Positions 47,915 through 56,736 of a stretch of 64,000 nt of DNA are shown here, one piece after another. Positions within the stretch are counted from its first letter, which is position 1. Each line of letters opens with the position of its first letter. Position numbers and translations under genes: made by a program. The notes under the pieces were generated by a model, which did no database searches, was not told where the DNA came from, and saw nothing but the letters and a program-made list of their open reading frames with translations. Source of the stretch: an uncultured Ilumatobacteraceae bacterium (lineage in GTDB: Bacteria; Actinomycetota; Acidimicrobiia; Acidimicrobiales; Ilumatobacteraceae); assembly GCA_965659595.1 (NCBI GenBank), contig CBFHWN010000001.1, forward strand, positions 9,139 to 73,138, in the 5' to 3' direction.

Positions 47915-48799
47915 ATGGGGGTACTCGTGAAACAACTGAACAATCGCGTCGCCGTGGTGACCGGAGGAGCCGGCGGAATCGGACGGGCCATGGTCGAGAG
48001 ATTCCTCGACGAGGGCATGAAGGTCGTGGTCGCCGACATCGACGAGGCCCTGTTGAACTCGGCGGTCGACGAACTCTCGACGAAAGGGGGCGACGTCATC
48101 GGAGTACCGACCGACGTGTCACGTCTGGAATCGGTCGAAAACCTCCGCGATCGAACTCTCGAACGCTTCGACGGGGTGCACCTGGTGTGCAACAACGCCG
48201 GCGTCGCGTCGGGTGCCTTCGGCCGGATCTGGGAACACGAGGTGAACGACTGGCGTTTCGCCTTCAGTGTTCACGTGTATGGCGTGATCAATGGCATCAA
48301 GGCGTTCGTTCCCACCATGCTCGAACGCGGCGATGAAGGCCACGTCGTCAACACCTCGTCGCACAACGGAGGTTTCGCTCCCATTGCCACCGCTGCCACG
48401 TATGCCACGTGCAAGAGCGCCGTCGTCACGATTTCCGAATGCCTCTGGGGACAACTACGTGAGGTGGGCAGTGACATCGGCGTCTCGGTCCTCTTCCCGA
48501 GTGGAAAGACGAAAGGGCTCCTCGACACCGGAATCTGGAAGACACGAGAGCGACCGTCCGAATATTCGACCGATAAGCCCGTCGACACCGGATCGAAGAT
48601 GCAGGAGTGGATCAAGTCGATGGAGGCCGCCGGAACTCCTGTCACCTTCACACCGTTGACCGAAGTGGCCGACACCGTGATCGACGGCTTGATCAATGAT
48701 CGCTTCTGGATGGTCGAGGAAGGCCGTTTCGAAGACATGGTTCGCATGCGAGCCGACGTGATGCTGAAACGCGCTGCCCCGTCGTACCCGCGTTCGTGA
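47915..48799 (+). CDS. SDR-family oxidoreductase
   Basis: VTGGAGGIGRA (TGxxxGxG), NNAG and YATCKSAV (YxxxK). Confidence 0.88.
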   Translation: MGVLVKQLNNRVAVVTGGAGGIGRAMVERFLDEGMKVVVADIDEALLNSAVDELSTKGGDVIGVPTDVSRLESVENLRDRTLERFDGVHLVCNNAGVASGAFGRIWEHEVNDWRFAFSVHVYGVINGIKAFVPTMLERGDEGHVVNTSSHNGGFAPIATAATYATCKSAVVTISECLWGQLREVGSDIGVSVLFPSGKTKGLLDTGIWKTRERPSEYSTDKPVDTGSKMQEWIKSMEAAGTPVTFTPLTEVADTVIDGLINDRFWMVEEGRFEDMVRMRADVMLKRAAPSYPRS

Positions 48800-48845
48800 C
48801 TCGTCGGCCCGAGGCCCAACCTTTCCACCGGTAGCGTCGCACGAT

Positions 48846-49817
48846 GTGACACTCTGTTCTTCAGACACCTCGGTATCCGCCCGAAACCTCGTCAAAACGT
48901 ACGGCGAGGTCACCGCACTCGCCGGGCTCGATCTCGACGTACCGGGGGGAACCGTGCTCGGATTGCTCGGCCCGAATGGCGCCGGCAAGACGACCGCTGT
49001 CTCGATTCTCACGACACTCGTGCACCCCGATTCGGGCTCAGCACAGGTTGCCGGCGTCGACGTCATCGCCGATCCCCGCGGAGTTCGCTCTCGCATCGGA
49101 CTCTCGGGGCAGTACGCAGCCGTCGACGAACATCTCACTGCGACCGAGAATCTCGAGATGATCGGCTGTCTGTACGGGATGCCACGACGCGAGGCCCGTC
49201 GACGAGGACTCGAACTACTCGAGCAGTTCCGCCTCATGGAAGCGTCCGATCGACCGCTCAAGACGTTTTCGGGCGGTATGCGACGGCGTATCGACCTGGC
49301 GGGTGCATTGGTCGCCGACCCTCCGGTGTTGTTCCTCGATGAACCAACCACCGGTCTCGACCCGCGTAGCCGTGGTGAACTCTGGGATGCGATCCGTGAT
49401 CGCGTCAAGGGCGGTACCACGGTTCTTCTCACCACGCAGTATCTCGAAGAGGCCGATCAGCTGGCCGACGAGATCGTCGTGATCGACCACGGCCGCGCCA
49501 TAGCCAAAGGCACCGCTGAAGAGTTGAAGCGCCGCGTGGGCGGTGAACACCTCGACGTGCACGTGAGTGGTGAAGGCGCCGTCGCCACGACCGAGTCGAT
49601 TCTCACCAACGTCGCCACCGGTCCACTCCGCATCCACCACGACGACGGTGAACTCTCCGCTCCCGTGTCCAACGGAGTAGAAGCGCTGTCCGCGGTTCTA
49701 CGTGAACTCGAATCGCGACACGTGAACATCGTCGACATCGGACTACGTCGACCCACTCTCGACGACGTGTTCATGGAACTCACCGGTCACGAAGCCGAAG
49801 CAGAGGCGGCGTCATGA
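48846..49817 (+). CDS. ABC transporter ATP-binding protein (DrrA/ABC-2 type)
   Basis: Walker A GPNGAGKTT, signature FSGGMRRRIDLAGAL, Walker B VLFLDEPTTGLD. Confidence 0.9.
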   Translation: MTLCSSDTSVSARNLVKTYGEVTALAGLDLDVPGGTVLGLLGPNGAGKTTAVSILTTLVHPDSGSAQVAGVDVIADPRGVRSRIGLSGQYAAVDEHLTATENLEMIGCLYGMPRREARRRGLELLEQFRLMEASDRPLKTFSGGMRRRIDLAGALVADPPVLFLDEPTTGLDPRSRGELWDAIRDRVKGGTTVLLTTQYLEEADQLADEIVVIDHGRAIAKGTAEELKRRVGGEHLDVHVSGEGAVATTESILTNVATGPLRIHHDDGELSAPVSNGVEALSAVLRELESRHVNIVDIGLRRPTLDDVFMELTGHEAEAEAAS

Positions 49818-50605
49818 GCCTCTTACGCGATTCGGCCACCATCGCACGCCGCAACGTGATCCGCATCCATCGCGTCCCCGACGTGATGGCCTTCGTCGTC
49901 GTTCAGCCGATCATGTTCGTGCTCTTGTTCGCCTACGTGTTCGGCGGATCCATCGACATTCCGGGTGGCAATTACCGCGAGTTCCTGATGGCCGGCATCT
50001 TCTCGCAGACCGTCGTGTTCGGAGCCACGTTCACTGGTGCCGGTCTCGCTGAAGACATGCAAAAGGGTCTCATCAACCGGTTCCGCTCGCTTCCGATGTC
50101 TCGATCCGCTGTAGTTGCCGGTCGAACCGTGAGCGATGTCGTGTACAACGCTCTCTCGATCGTCGTCATGTCTTTGGCCGGCTTGGCCGTCGGCTGGCGA
50201 ATCCGCGGCTCGATTCTCGACGCCGTGATCGCCTTCGCACTATTGCTCTTCTTCGCCTATTCCTTCTCGTGGGTGATGGCCTGCATCGGACTGCTCGTGC
50301 CGACCCCCGAAGTGGTCAACAACGCAACGTTCGTGGTTCTGTTTCCGCTCACGTTCATCGCCAACACCTTCGTACCGTCCGACAACCTGCCCGGCGTCTT
50401 GAAGCCCATCGCCGAATGGAATCCGGTGTCGACACTCACACAGGCCGTCCGCGAGGGATTCGGTAACCTGCCGGCTGGGACTCCTGAGCCGTCGGCGTGG
50501 CCGTTGCAGAACGCCACGCTCTACACACTGTTGTGGGCCTTCTTACTGATCGGCGTGTTCGCACCGATCGCCACACGCTTGTATCAGCGCGCCGGCGCCC
50601 GCTGA
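49814..50605 (+). CDS. ABC-2 type transporter permease
   Basis: 263 aa with 6 TM segments and a 4-nt overlap with the ATPase gene. Confidence 0.87.
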   Translation: MSLLRDSATIARRNVIRIHRVPDVMAFVVVQPIMFVLLFAYVFGGSIDIPGGNYREFLMAGIFSQTVVFGATFTGAGLAEDMQKGLINRFRSLPMSRSAVVAGRTVSDVVYNALSIVVMSLAGLAVGWRIRGSILDAVIAFALLLFFAYSFSWVMACIGLLVPTPEVVNNATFVVLFPLTFIANTFVPSDNLPGVLKPIAEWNPVSTLTQAVREGFGNLPAGTPEPSAWPLQNATLYTLLWAFLLIGVFAPIATRLYQRAGAR

Positions 50606-50608
50606 CGA

Positions 50609-51823
50609 CTACTCGATGCGCAGACCCGAGATTGCGCGAGCGATCACCAGCTGCTGAATTTCACTCGTGCCCTCGAAGATGGTGTGAATCTTCGCGTCTC
50701 GGTGCATGCGCTCGACGTGGTACTCACGGGTGTAGCCGTAGCCGCCGAGGATCTGAATGGCCTCTTCGGTCACGCGCACGGCAGTCTCCGACGCGTAGTA
50801 CTTGCTCATCGAACCTTCACCGTTCTTGAAACCGCCGTTGCGAGCCAACCATGCGGCGCGCCAGATGAGTAGACGAGCCGCGTCGATCTGAGTGACCATG
50901 TTGGCCAACTTGAACGCAATCGCCTGGTTCATGATGATCGGCTTGCCGAACGCCACGCGCTCCTTGGCGTAATCGAGAGCGATCTCGTACGCACCGCGGG
51001 CAATACCTAGCGCCTGCGCGCCCACCGCCGGACGAGTCGCTTCGAAAGTCTTCATGGCCGGCTGAGCCTCACCGGTACGACCGGCTTCGCGCGCCCGAGC
51101 CAATTTGGCGTCGAGTTTCTCCTTGCCACCGAGCAGACAACGGCCCGGGACTCGCACGTCGTCAAGGACGACTTCTGCGGTGTGCGACGCCTTGATGCCG
51201 TGCTTCTTGTACTTCTGGCCCTGCGACAGACCCTTGGTTCCGGGCGGCACCACGAACGAAGCCTGGCCGCGACCCTTCAGTTCCGGGTCGACCGCCGCCA
51301 CCACCACGTGAACGTCGGCGATTCCACCGTTGGTGATCCAAGCCTTGGTGCCGTTCAGTGCCCACTCGTCATTGGCCTCGTCGTACACCGCACGCGTGCG
51401 AAGAGACGACACGTCGGAACCGGCGTCGGGCTCGCTCACGCAGAAGGCGCCGAGCTTCACGTCATCGGCAGTGCCGTAGCACTGGGGCACCCACTCGATC
51501 ACTTGCTCGGGAGTTCCGTTACCGCTGATACCGGCGGCGGCGAGACCCGAGCCCATGATGGCCATACCGAGACCGGCATCACCCCAGAAGATCTCTTCGA
51601 TGGCCACCGGCAACGTGAGTCCGGAGTTGTCGCCCATGGCGTTCATCATGAAGTCGACGCCGTAGAGCCCGATCTTGGCGGCCTCCTGCACGATCGGCCA
51701 TGGGAACTCCTCACGGTCGTCCCACTCTTCGGCCGCCGGGCGCATGACGTCCTTGGCGAACTCGTGGATCCAGTCCTTCAACTGGATCTGGTCGTCGTTG
51801 AGAGAAAGGTTGAAGTCGGCCAT
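50609..51823 (-). CDS. Acyl-CoA dehydrogenase (canonical, with catalytic Glu in the FEGTSEIQ context)
   Basis: 404 aa with CVSEPDAGSD and a C-terminal IFEGTSEIQQLVIAR. Confidence 0.9.
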   Translation of the reverse strand: MADFNLSLNDDQIQLKDWIHEFAKDVMRPAAEEWDDREEFPWPIVQEAAKIGLYGVDFMMNAMGDNSGLTLPVAIEEIFWGDAGLGMAIMGSGLAAAGISGNGTPEQVIEWVPQCYGTADDVKLGAFCVSEPDAGSDVSSLRTRAVYDEANDEWALNGTKAWITNGGIADVHVVVAAVDPELKGRGQASFVVPPGTKGLSQGQKYKKHGIKASHTAEVVLDDVRVPGRCLLGGKEKLDAKLARAREAGRTGEAQPAMKTFEATRPAVGAQALGIARGAYEIALDYAKERVAFGKPIIMNQAIAFKLANMVTQIDAARLLIWRAAWLARNGGFKNGEGSMSKYYASETAVRVTEEAIQILGGYGYTREYHVERMHRDAKIHTIFEGTSEIQQLVIARAISGLRIE

Positions 51824-51830
51824 ACCCCAA

Positions 51831-51848
51831 GGTTACCCATGGGTAACC
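51831..51848. promoter_or_regulatory. Perfect 18-bp palindrome GGTTACCCATGGGTAACC, 7 nt upstream of the ACAD start
   Basis: Read directly from the sequence. It lies in the 75-nt divergent intergenic region between the ACAD (minus strand) and the membrane protein (plus strand). Confidence 0.45.
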
Positions 51849-51898
51849 GCTCAGGCCACTCCTGGTTCGTCTCGACTGAGCCCTGGCAGACTCGACAC

Positions 51899-52966
51899 AT
51901 GGCGTCCCCCCAGCCGGTGAACTCCTTCAGCCTGAGAGGAGTGCTGGTCGCGCTCGTGGTCGGCCTCGGAGTGCTGCATCTTCTGGTGGCCGTCGGTCGG
52001 GCCCATGACTGGGCCGTCGAGGGAGCCACTCTCGCTGCCACCGGACTGATCCATTTCGTCGCAGCCTTCGGACTCATGACCACTCGTCGACCCCGCGGAT
52101 ACTTCGTCGTTCTCGTCTGGCTCACCGTGACCGCCGCTGCGCTCGTGTACACGCGTACCGTCGGCTACGTATTCGGGCCCTTTTCGGGATACGCGCCATC
52201 GTTGTCGTCGTACGAGTTCACCGTTCTCGGACTGTCGCTCGCCGCTGCCGCCCTCATCGTCGGCGTACTTCTCGTCGACCTCGACGTCGCCGGTGACCCC
52301 GGATGGCGATTCGACACCATCGCACCGGCCATCGTGGTCATTGCCGCCATCCCGGGGTTGGCCGCCTCCAGTTGGGTTGACAATGCCTCGAGCCTGGCCG
52401 GCACCGGACATGTTCACTACTCGTCGACTCTTGCGATCGGCAGCGACGATCTGTCATGGGACGATCGCACTGCCCTCGGTGAGGAAGTAGCGCGTGCGCG
52501 CGAGATCGCGCTGTCGTACCCGACACTCGAATCTGCACTTGATGCCGGCTGGGTCGTGTCCGGACAGTCGGCACGCGGAGCTGGTCAGATGGTCGTCGAC
52601 GCGTCACGCGACTTTCGCACGATGGTGTTCGACGTCGAGTCTCCGCAAGGGCTGATCTACGCGTCATCCGACCCCACTGCTCCCGTGGTCGGCGTTCAGT
52701 ATTCCCAGTGGGTGTCGAGCGACATCGGGCCATCAGGGTTCGTCGGGCAAGAGTCTCTCTGGCATCTCCATGGCGCTACCTGCGTCGTCGAGGGCCCGAT
52801 GGGTGATTACGCAGTTCCCCTCGACGAACCCACGACCGGATCAGGTTGCCAAAACGTGAATGGAACCCGAGACGACACCGTCGCGTACATGATTCGGGCC
52901 TGGGTCGTGCCGGGTTGGGAGAATCCGTACGGGACTTTCGCCCACGACCACCCGGCTCTCGGCTGA
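51899..52966 (+). CDS. Hypothetical membrane protein (about 5 TM helices + ~190-aa extracytoplasmic C-terminal domain)
   Basis: 355 aa from the internal ATG 51899. The upstream part of the track ORF (51182-51898) is antisense to the ACAD gene. No motif recognised. Confidence 0.6.
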   Translation: MASPQPVNSFSLRGVLVALVVGLGVLHLLVAVGRAHDWAVEGATLAATGLIHFVAAFGLMTTRRPRGYFVVLVWLTVTAAALVYTRTVGYVFGPFSGYAPSLSSYEFTVLGLSLAAAALIVGVLLVDLDVAGDPGWRFDTIAPAIVVIAAIPGLAASSWVDNASSLAGTGHVHYSSTLAIGSDDLSWDDRTALGEEVARAREIALSYPTLESALDAGWVVSGQSARGAGQMVVDASRDFRTMVFDVESPQGLIYASSDPTAPVVGVQYSQWVSSDIGPSGFVGQESLWHLHGATCVVEGPMGDYAVPLDEPTTGSGCQNVNGTRDDTVAYMIRAWVVPGWENPYGTFAHDHPALG

Positions 52967-52975
52967 CGCGGAGTT

Positions 52976-55006
52976 TCAGGAAGCTCGGCGATTACGGCCG
53001 CCGCGGGAGATCTTCTTCTTGTGCTCGAGGAAGTCGACGAGCAGATAGTCCCCCAGGTTGTCACTACTCGTCAGGAACGCGCGACCGCCGTTGAGCGACG
53101 ACATTTGCTCGACGAAACGCCTGAGGTACACGTCGGCGTCGAGCATGAAGGTGTTGATCCGGATGTTCTCTTTCGAACAGCGAACGGCTTCACGCAAGGT
53201 GGCCTCGACGGTGAGTTGCTGGGCCTCGTAGCCGTCGAAGTAGGTGAACCATGCTTCTCCGTACGGCGTGATGTGCGCCGTCGGCTCACCATCGGTGATC
53301 ATGATGATCTGCTTGTTGCCGTGCTGACGCGCCAACATCTTGCGCGCGAGTCCGAGCGCATGATGCATGTTGGTTCCCTGCATCCCGGGGATGGTGGCCT
53401 CGACGAGTTCGTCGGCCTTGATCTCCCAGGCCACGTGGCCGAACATCAAAATTCCGAGATAGTCGCGCGGATACTGCGACGAGATGAGCGACTGCAAAGC
53501 GACGGCAACCTTCTTGGCCGGACCCCAACGGTCGTCGCGATACATCGAGTACGACGCGTCGAGCATGAGAACCGTGGCCGAACGCGTGAGGTGTTCGGTG
53601 CGCTCGATCTCGAAATCGTCGGGCGACAATCGAATGGGCGTACCTTTTCCGCCTCGATTGAGCGCGTTGCGAATGGTCCGCTGCAGATCGAGGTTGAACG
53701 GATCGCCATACTCGTACGGCTTGGTGTCGTAAGTGCGTTCGTGACCTTGACCGATCGGACTGATCTGGTGCTGACCCAATTTGTCCTTGGCGAGCCGTGA
53801 GAACATGTCGCGCAAAGCCTTCGAGCCGATCTGGCGCATACCCTTGGGGGTGACTTCGAGCTTGCCTTCCTTCTGACGGATGAGGCCCTCGCGCTCGAGC
53901 TCCTGCACCAACTTCGACAACTTGTCCATGGCATTCGCCACGTCGTCACCCATGAGATCTCGCACTCGATCCATGTCGGCCTCGGCCAACTGCTGCGGTG
54001 TGGAGGGATTGCGCATCAGGTCTTCCAACTGGTCGAGGTCGCCGAGATCGCGCATGGTTTGCATGGCCTGCTCGAACCCCATCGGACCCTGGCCTTGCAT
54101 CTCGTAACCCTGTTCCCACGGCAACGACGGAAACATCGACTGCATGTTCGCGCTCAGCTGGCCCATCTGCTGTTGCAGGTCCATGTCCTGCATGAGCTGT
54201 TGCGACAACTCCTCGAGCTGGGCTCGCTGTTCGGGCGACATCGAGTTGTACATGGCCTGGGCGGCCGCCATCCGTTGGGCGATGTTTTCGAGTAGTTCTT
54301 CGATCGTCTGCGGGTTCTCGGGGAAGAAGTCGCCATACTCCTTCATGAAGTCGTCGAAGCCGGGATCCTCACCGCGCTGGTGCTTGTCGATCATCTCGTT
54401 CAGCGCGGTCATCATCTCTTTCATGCGCTGCATGTCCTGCGGCGTCATGTTCTGGATGGCCGACGACATCTGATCGACCATTTGCTGAGCGAGTTGATTG
54501 CGGAGTTTGTCCTTCAACTGCTCGAACCGCTGCTCGGCTTCCTTCGACTCGAAGTCGTAGGCGTCGAGCTCGCGCACCTTGCCGGCCAGGTCGTCGGGGA
54601 GCATGTCGAGCCGGAAGTTGCGATCTTCGGCCGACCTTTGAGCACTCTCCTGACGACGGGAGTCGGCGCTCTTGTTGGCATCGCGCACCGACTGGTCGAT
54701 CGCGTGACGCTCCTCGTCGACGATGTCGTTCAGCTCGTCGGCAATCTCCTTGTAGACACCGCCCAAGTCGCCTCGATCGAGCAGTTCTTGGCGACGCTCC
54801 TTCATACGTTTGCGCATCTCTTGCAGCCCCATCAGGCGCTCACCGTTCGGATCGGTGAGGCCACGGTTCATGAGGCGCCGCAGGGCACTGCGGAGGTCGC
54901 CGTAGGCGAGGAGGTCGTCCGACATCTCCTCGAACAAGGAGGTGTTGTCGAGGTCGAAGCCCTGCTGAGTGCCGTCCCAGCGCGAGTAGGTGAACCGACC
55001 AGCCAT
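52976..55006 (-). CDS. VWA domain-containing protein with a long coiled-coil/Gln-Met-rich central region
   Basis: The C-terminal VWA domain has the MIDAS residues LMLDASYSM (DxSxS), GTN and ITDGEPT. The N-terminal SRWDGTQQGF block is typical of actinobacterial VWA proteins. Confidence 0.8.
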   Translation of the reverse strand: MAGRFTYSRWDGTQQGFDLDNTSLFEEMSDDLLAYGDLRSALRRLMNRGLTDPNGERLMGLQEMRKRMKERRQELLDRGDLGGVYKEIADELNDIVDEERHAIDQSVRDANKSADSRRQESAQRSAEDRNFRLDMLPDDLAGKVRELDAYDFESKEAEQRFEQLKDKLRNQLAQQMVDQMSSAIQNMTPQDMQRMKEMMTALNEMIDKHQRGEDPGFDDFMKEYGDFFPENPQTIEELLENIAQRMAAAQAMYNSMSPEQRAQLEELSQQLMQDMDLQQQMGQLSANMQSMFPSLPWEQGYEMQGQGPMGFEQAMQTMRDLGDLDQLEDLMRNPSTPQQLAEADMDRVRDLMGDDVANAMDKLSKLVQELEREGLIRQKEGKLEVTPKGMRQIGSKALRDMFSRLAKDKLGQHQISPIGQGHERTYDTKPYEYGDPFNLDLQRTIRNALNRGGKGTPIRLSPDDFEIERTEHLTRSATVLMLDASYSMYRDDRWGPAKKVAVALQSLISSQYPRDYLGILMFGHVAWEIKADELVEATIPGMQGTNMHHALGLARKMLARQHGNKQIIMITDGEPTAHITPYGEAWFTYFDGYEAQQLTVEATLREAVRCSKENIRINTFMLDADVYLRRFVEQMSSLNGGRAFLTSSDNLGDYLLVDFLEHKKKISRGGRNRRAS

Positions 55007-55073
55007 GGCCGCACGCTAGCCCTGAGAGAACGACCGGCGGCCCTCGGGCTCGACCGGTAGCCTGACTCCGACC

Positions 55074-55619
55074 ATGAAAGTCCAGCGAACCTTCGTTTTT
55101 GTCGACCTCTCGGGGTTCACGAAGTTCACCGCCACTCACGGCGACTCCTCGGCCGGTGACATTCTCACCCGGTTTCGAGCCCAGGTTCGCGACGAGGCGG
55201 CCAAGTGCGGAGTACGCGTCGACAAGTGGCTCGGTGATGGATGCATGATCGTGGCCGTCGAACAAGAGCAAGGCATCCGTTTCGCCCTCGACTTGCAGCG
55301 CAAATGCGAGGACGTATGTGCCCCCCTGAAGGTTCGAGTCGGCATCGCCACCGGTGAAGTTCTCATGTTTCAGGGAGAGGACTACATCGGCAGCTCGGTC
55401 AATCAGGCCTCACGTCTGTGCGACGCCGCCGAATCCGACGAGGTTCTGATCGCTCGAACCGACATGCCCCGACCACCCCGCGGAGTGAACGAACACAATC
55501 ACGCCCCACTCACGTTGCGCGGTCTCGGCACGATCGACGTCGTGCACCTCACGGCCGAGAAGTCGCTCGGTGGTCTGCACGACACCGGCGAACTTTGGAC
55601 TCGTCTTCCCTACGTCTGA
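55074..55619 (+). CDS. Minimal class III adenylate/guanylate cyclase catalytic domain protein
   Basis: 181 aa with FVFVDLSGFT and KWLGDGCMIV (metal-binding Asp residues) and VRVGIATGEV...GSSVNQASRL. Confidence 0.85.
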   Translation: MKVQRTFVFVDLSGFTKFTATHGDSSAGDILTRFRAQVRDEAAKCGVRVDKWLGDGCMIVAVEQEQGIRFALDLQRKCEDVCAPLKVRVGIATGEVLMFQGEDYIGSSVNQASRLCDAAESDEVLIARTDMPRPPRGVNEHNHAPLTLRGLGTIDVVHLTAEKSLGGLHDTGELWTRLPYV

Positions 55620-55625
55620 TCGACC

Positions 55626-56720
55626 GTGATCGAACTCGGAGCTTCGCTCCCCGGCCTCGTCGCCCTCGGAACCTCGCCCACCTCGGACGTCGACGGCGTT
55701 CCGTCATCCGGTAACGGGTTCCAAACTCGTTTCGCCGACGATCTCGACGCCTTGGCGGCCCATGGCGTACGGCATCTGCGGTTGGGCTTCGATTGGTCGC
55801 GCCTCCAGCCGCGTTCGGGGATGGGGGACGAACTCAACGGCGAGTGGGTCGAGTGGTACCGGGACGTGATGGCCGCCGCACGGGCTTCAGGAATCAGTGT
55901 GTGGGCCGGACTCCTCGAACGTCACGTACCTCAGTGGTTCGACGACGAGCGAGGTTTCCGCGATGTCAAAACAGCCGATCGGTACTGGCCCCGTTTCGTG
56001 GAGTCGTCGGCTGATGCTTTCGGCGACCTGCTTTCGGGGTGGTTCCCCATCGACGATCCCATCGGATATGCGGCCCGTCTCGAACCCGACGACGTCGTAC
56101 GCCATGGTGAAGTCGTCGACATCATGGTGCGCGCGTGGCGAGACGCGTGGCGCGTGTTGCGAGGAGGACCGCCGGTCGCCGGTTCATTCTCGATCCGCAC
56201 TGTGCGACCCGTCGACGAGACGGTTCCGGCCGCCGAAGCTGCACGTCGTGAAGATCATCTCCGGTGGCGAACGTTTCTCCGAGGGCTGCGCGACGGAACA
56301 CTTGTCATTCCCGGGCGCGCCGATCGAGAAGTACCCGACTTGGCCGGGGCGATCGACGTGATCGGTGTGCGACTCCGAACCGATCTCGGATCCGATCCGA
56401 CCATCGATGACGAGTCTCTCCGCCGCTGGCAGGAGCGCGCGGTCATGATGCTGCACCGAGTCACTGACGAAGGACCCGATCTGCCGATCACCATCGCTGC
56501 GTACCGCGTGAGTCGGTCACGTCGATCCGAGAACGCTCGCGACGCCGAGGTCCTGACCGAGGCCACCAAGCGAGCTGTCGACCAGGTGGTGTCCGACGGC
56601 ATCGCGATCACGAGCGTGTTCGTCGAGCCGGGTATCGCCGCCACCAAGACGACCCAGGAGTCGGCCTTTCTCGACTGGGATCGCCATCCCACTCCCCTCG
56701 CTTCCGCCTGGATCCGCTGA
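55626..56720 (+). CDS. GH1-like (TIM-barrel) protein lacking both catalytic glutamates
   Basis: GH1-like blocks HGVRHLRLGFDWSRLQP and WYRDVMAAARASGI. The NEP position reads WFPIDDP and the ITENG position reads PITIAAY. It is short for the family (364 aa). Confidence 0.65.
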   Translation: MIELGASLPGLVALGTSPTSDVDGVPSSGNGFQTRFADDLDALAAHGVRHLRLGFDWSRLQPRSGMGDELNGEWVEWYRDVMAAARASGISVWAGLLERHVPQWFDDERGFRDVKTADRYWPRFVESSADAFGDLLSGWFPIDDPIGYAARLEPDDVVRHGEVVDIMVRAWRDAWRVLRGGPPVAGSFSIRTVRPVDETVPAAEAARREDHLRWRTFLRGLRDGTLVIPGRADREVPDLAGAIDVIGVRLRTDLGSDPTIDDESLRRWQERAVMMLHRVTDEGPDLPITIAAYRVSRSRRSENARDAEVLTEATKRAVDQVVSDGIAITSVFVEPGIAATKTTQESAFLDWDRHPTPLASAWIR

Positions 56721-56736
56721 TTCTCGGTGTTCTGAC

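Noticed and set aside
51182-51898. The N-terminal 239 codons of the 594-aa track ORF
   Set aside because: This part is antisense to the canonical ACAD gene (50609-51823) and looks non-protein-like. The real gene most plausibly starts at ATG 51899, where the TM helices begin. The same logic applies to the extended starts of the track ORFs 59279-61033, 58656-59987, 57668-58828, 41482-42390 and 37562-39052.
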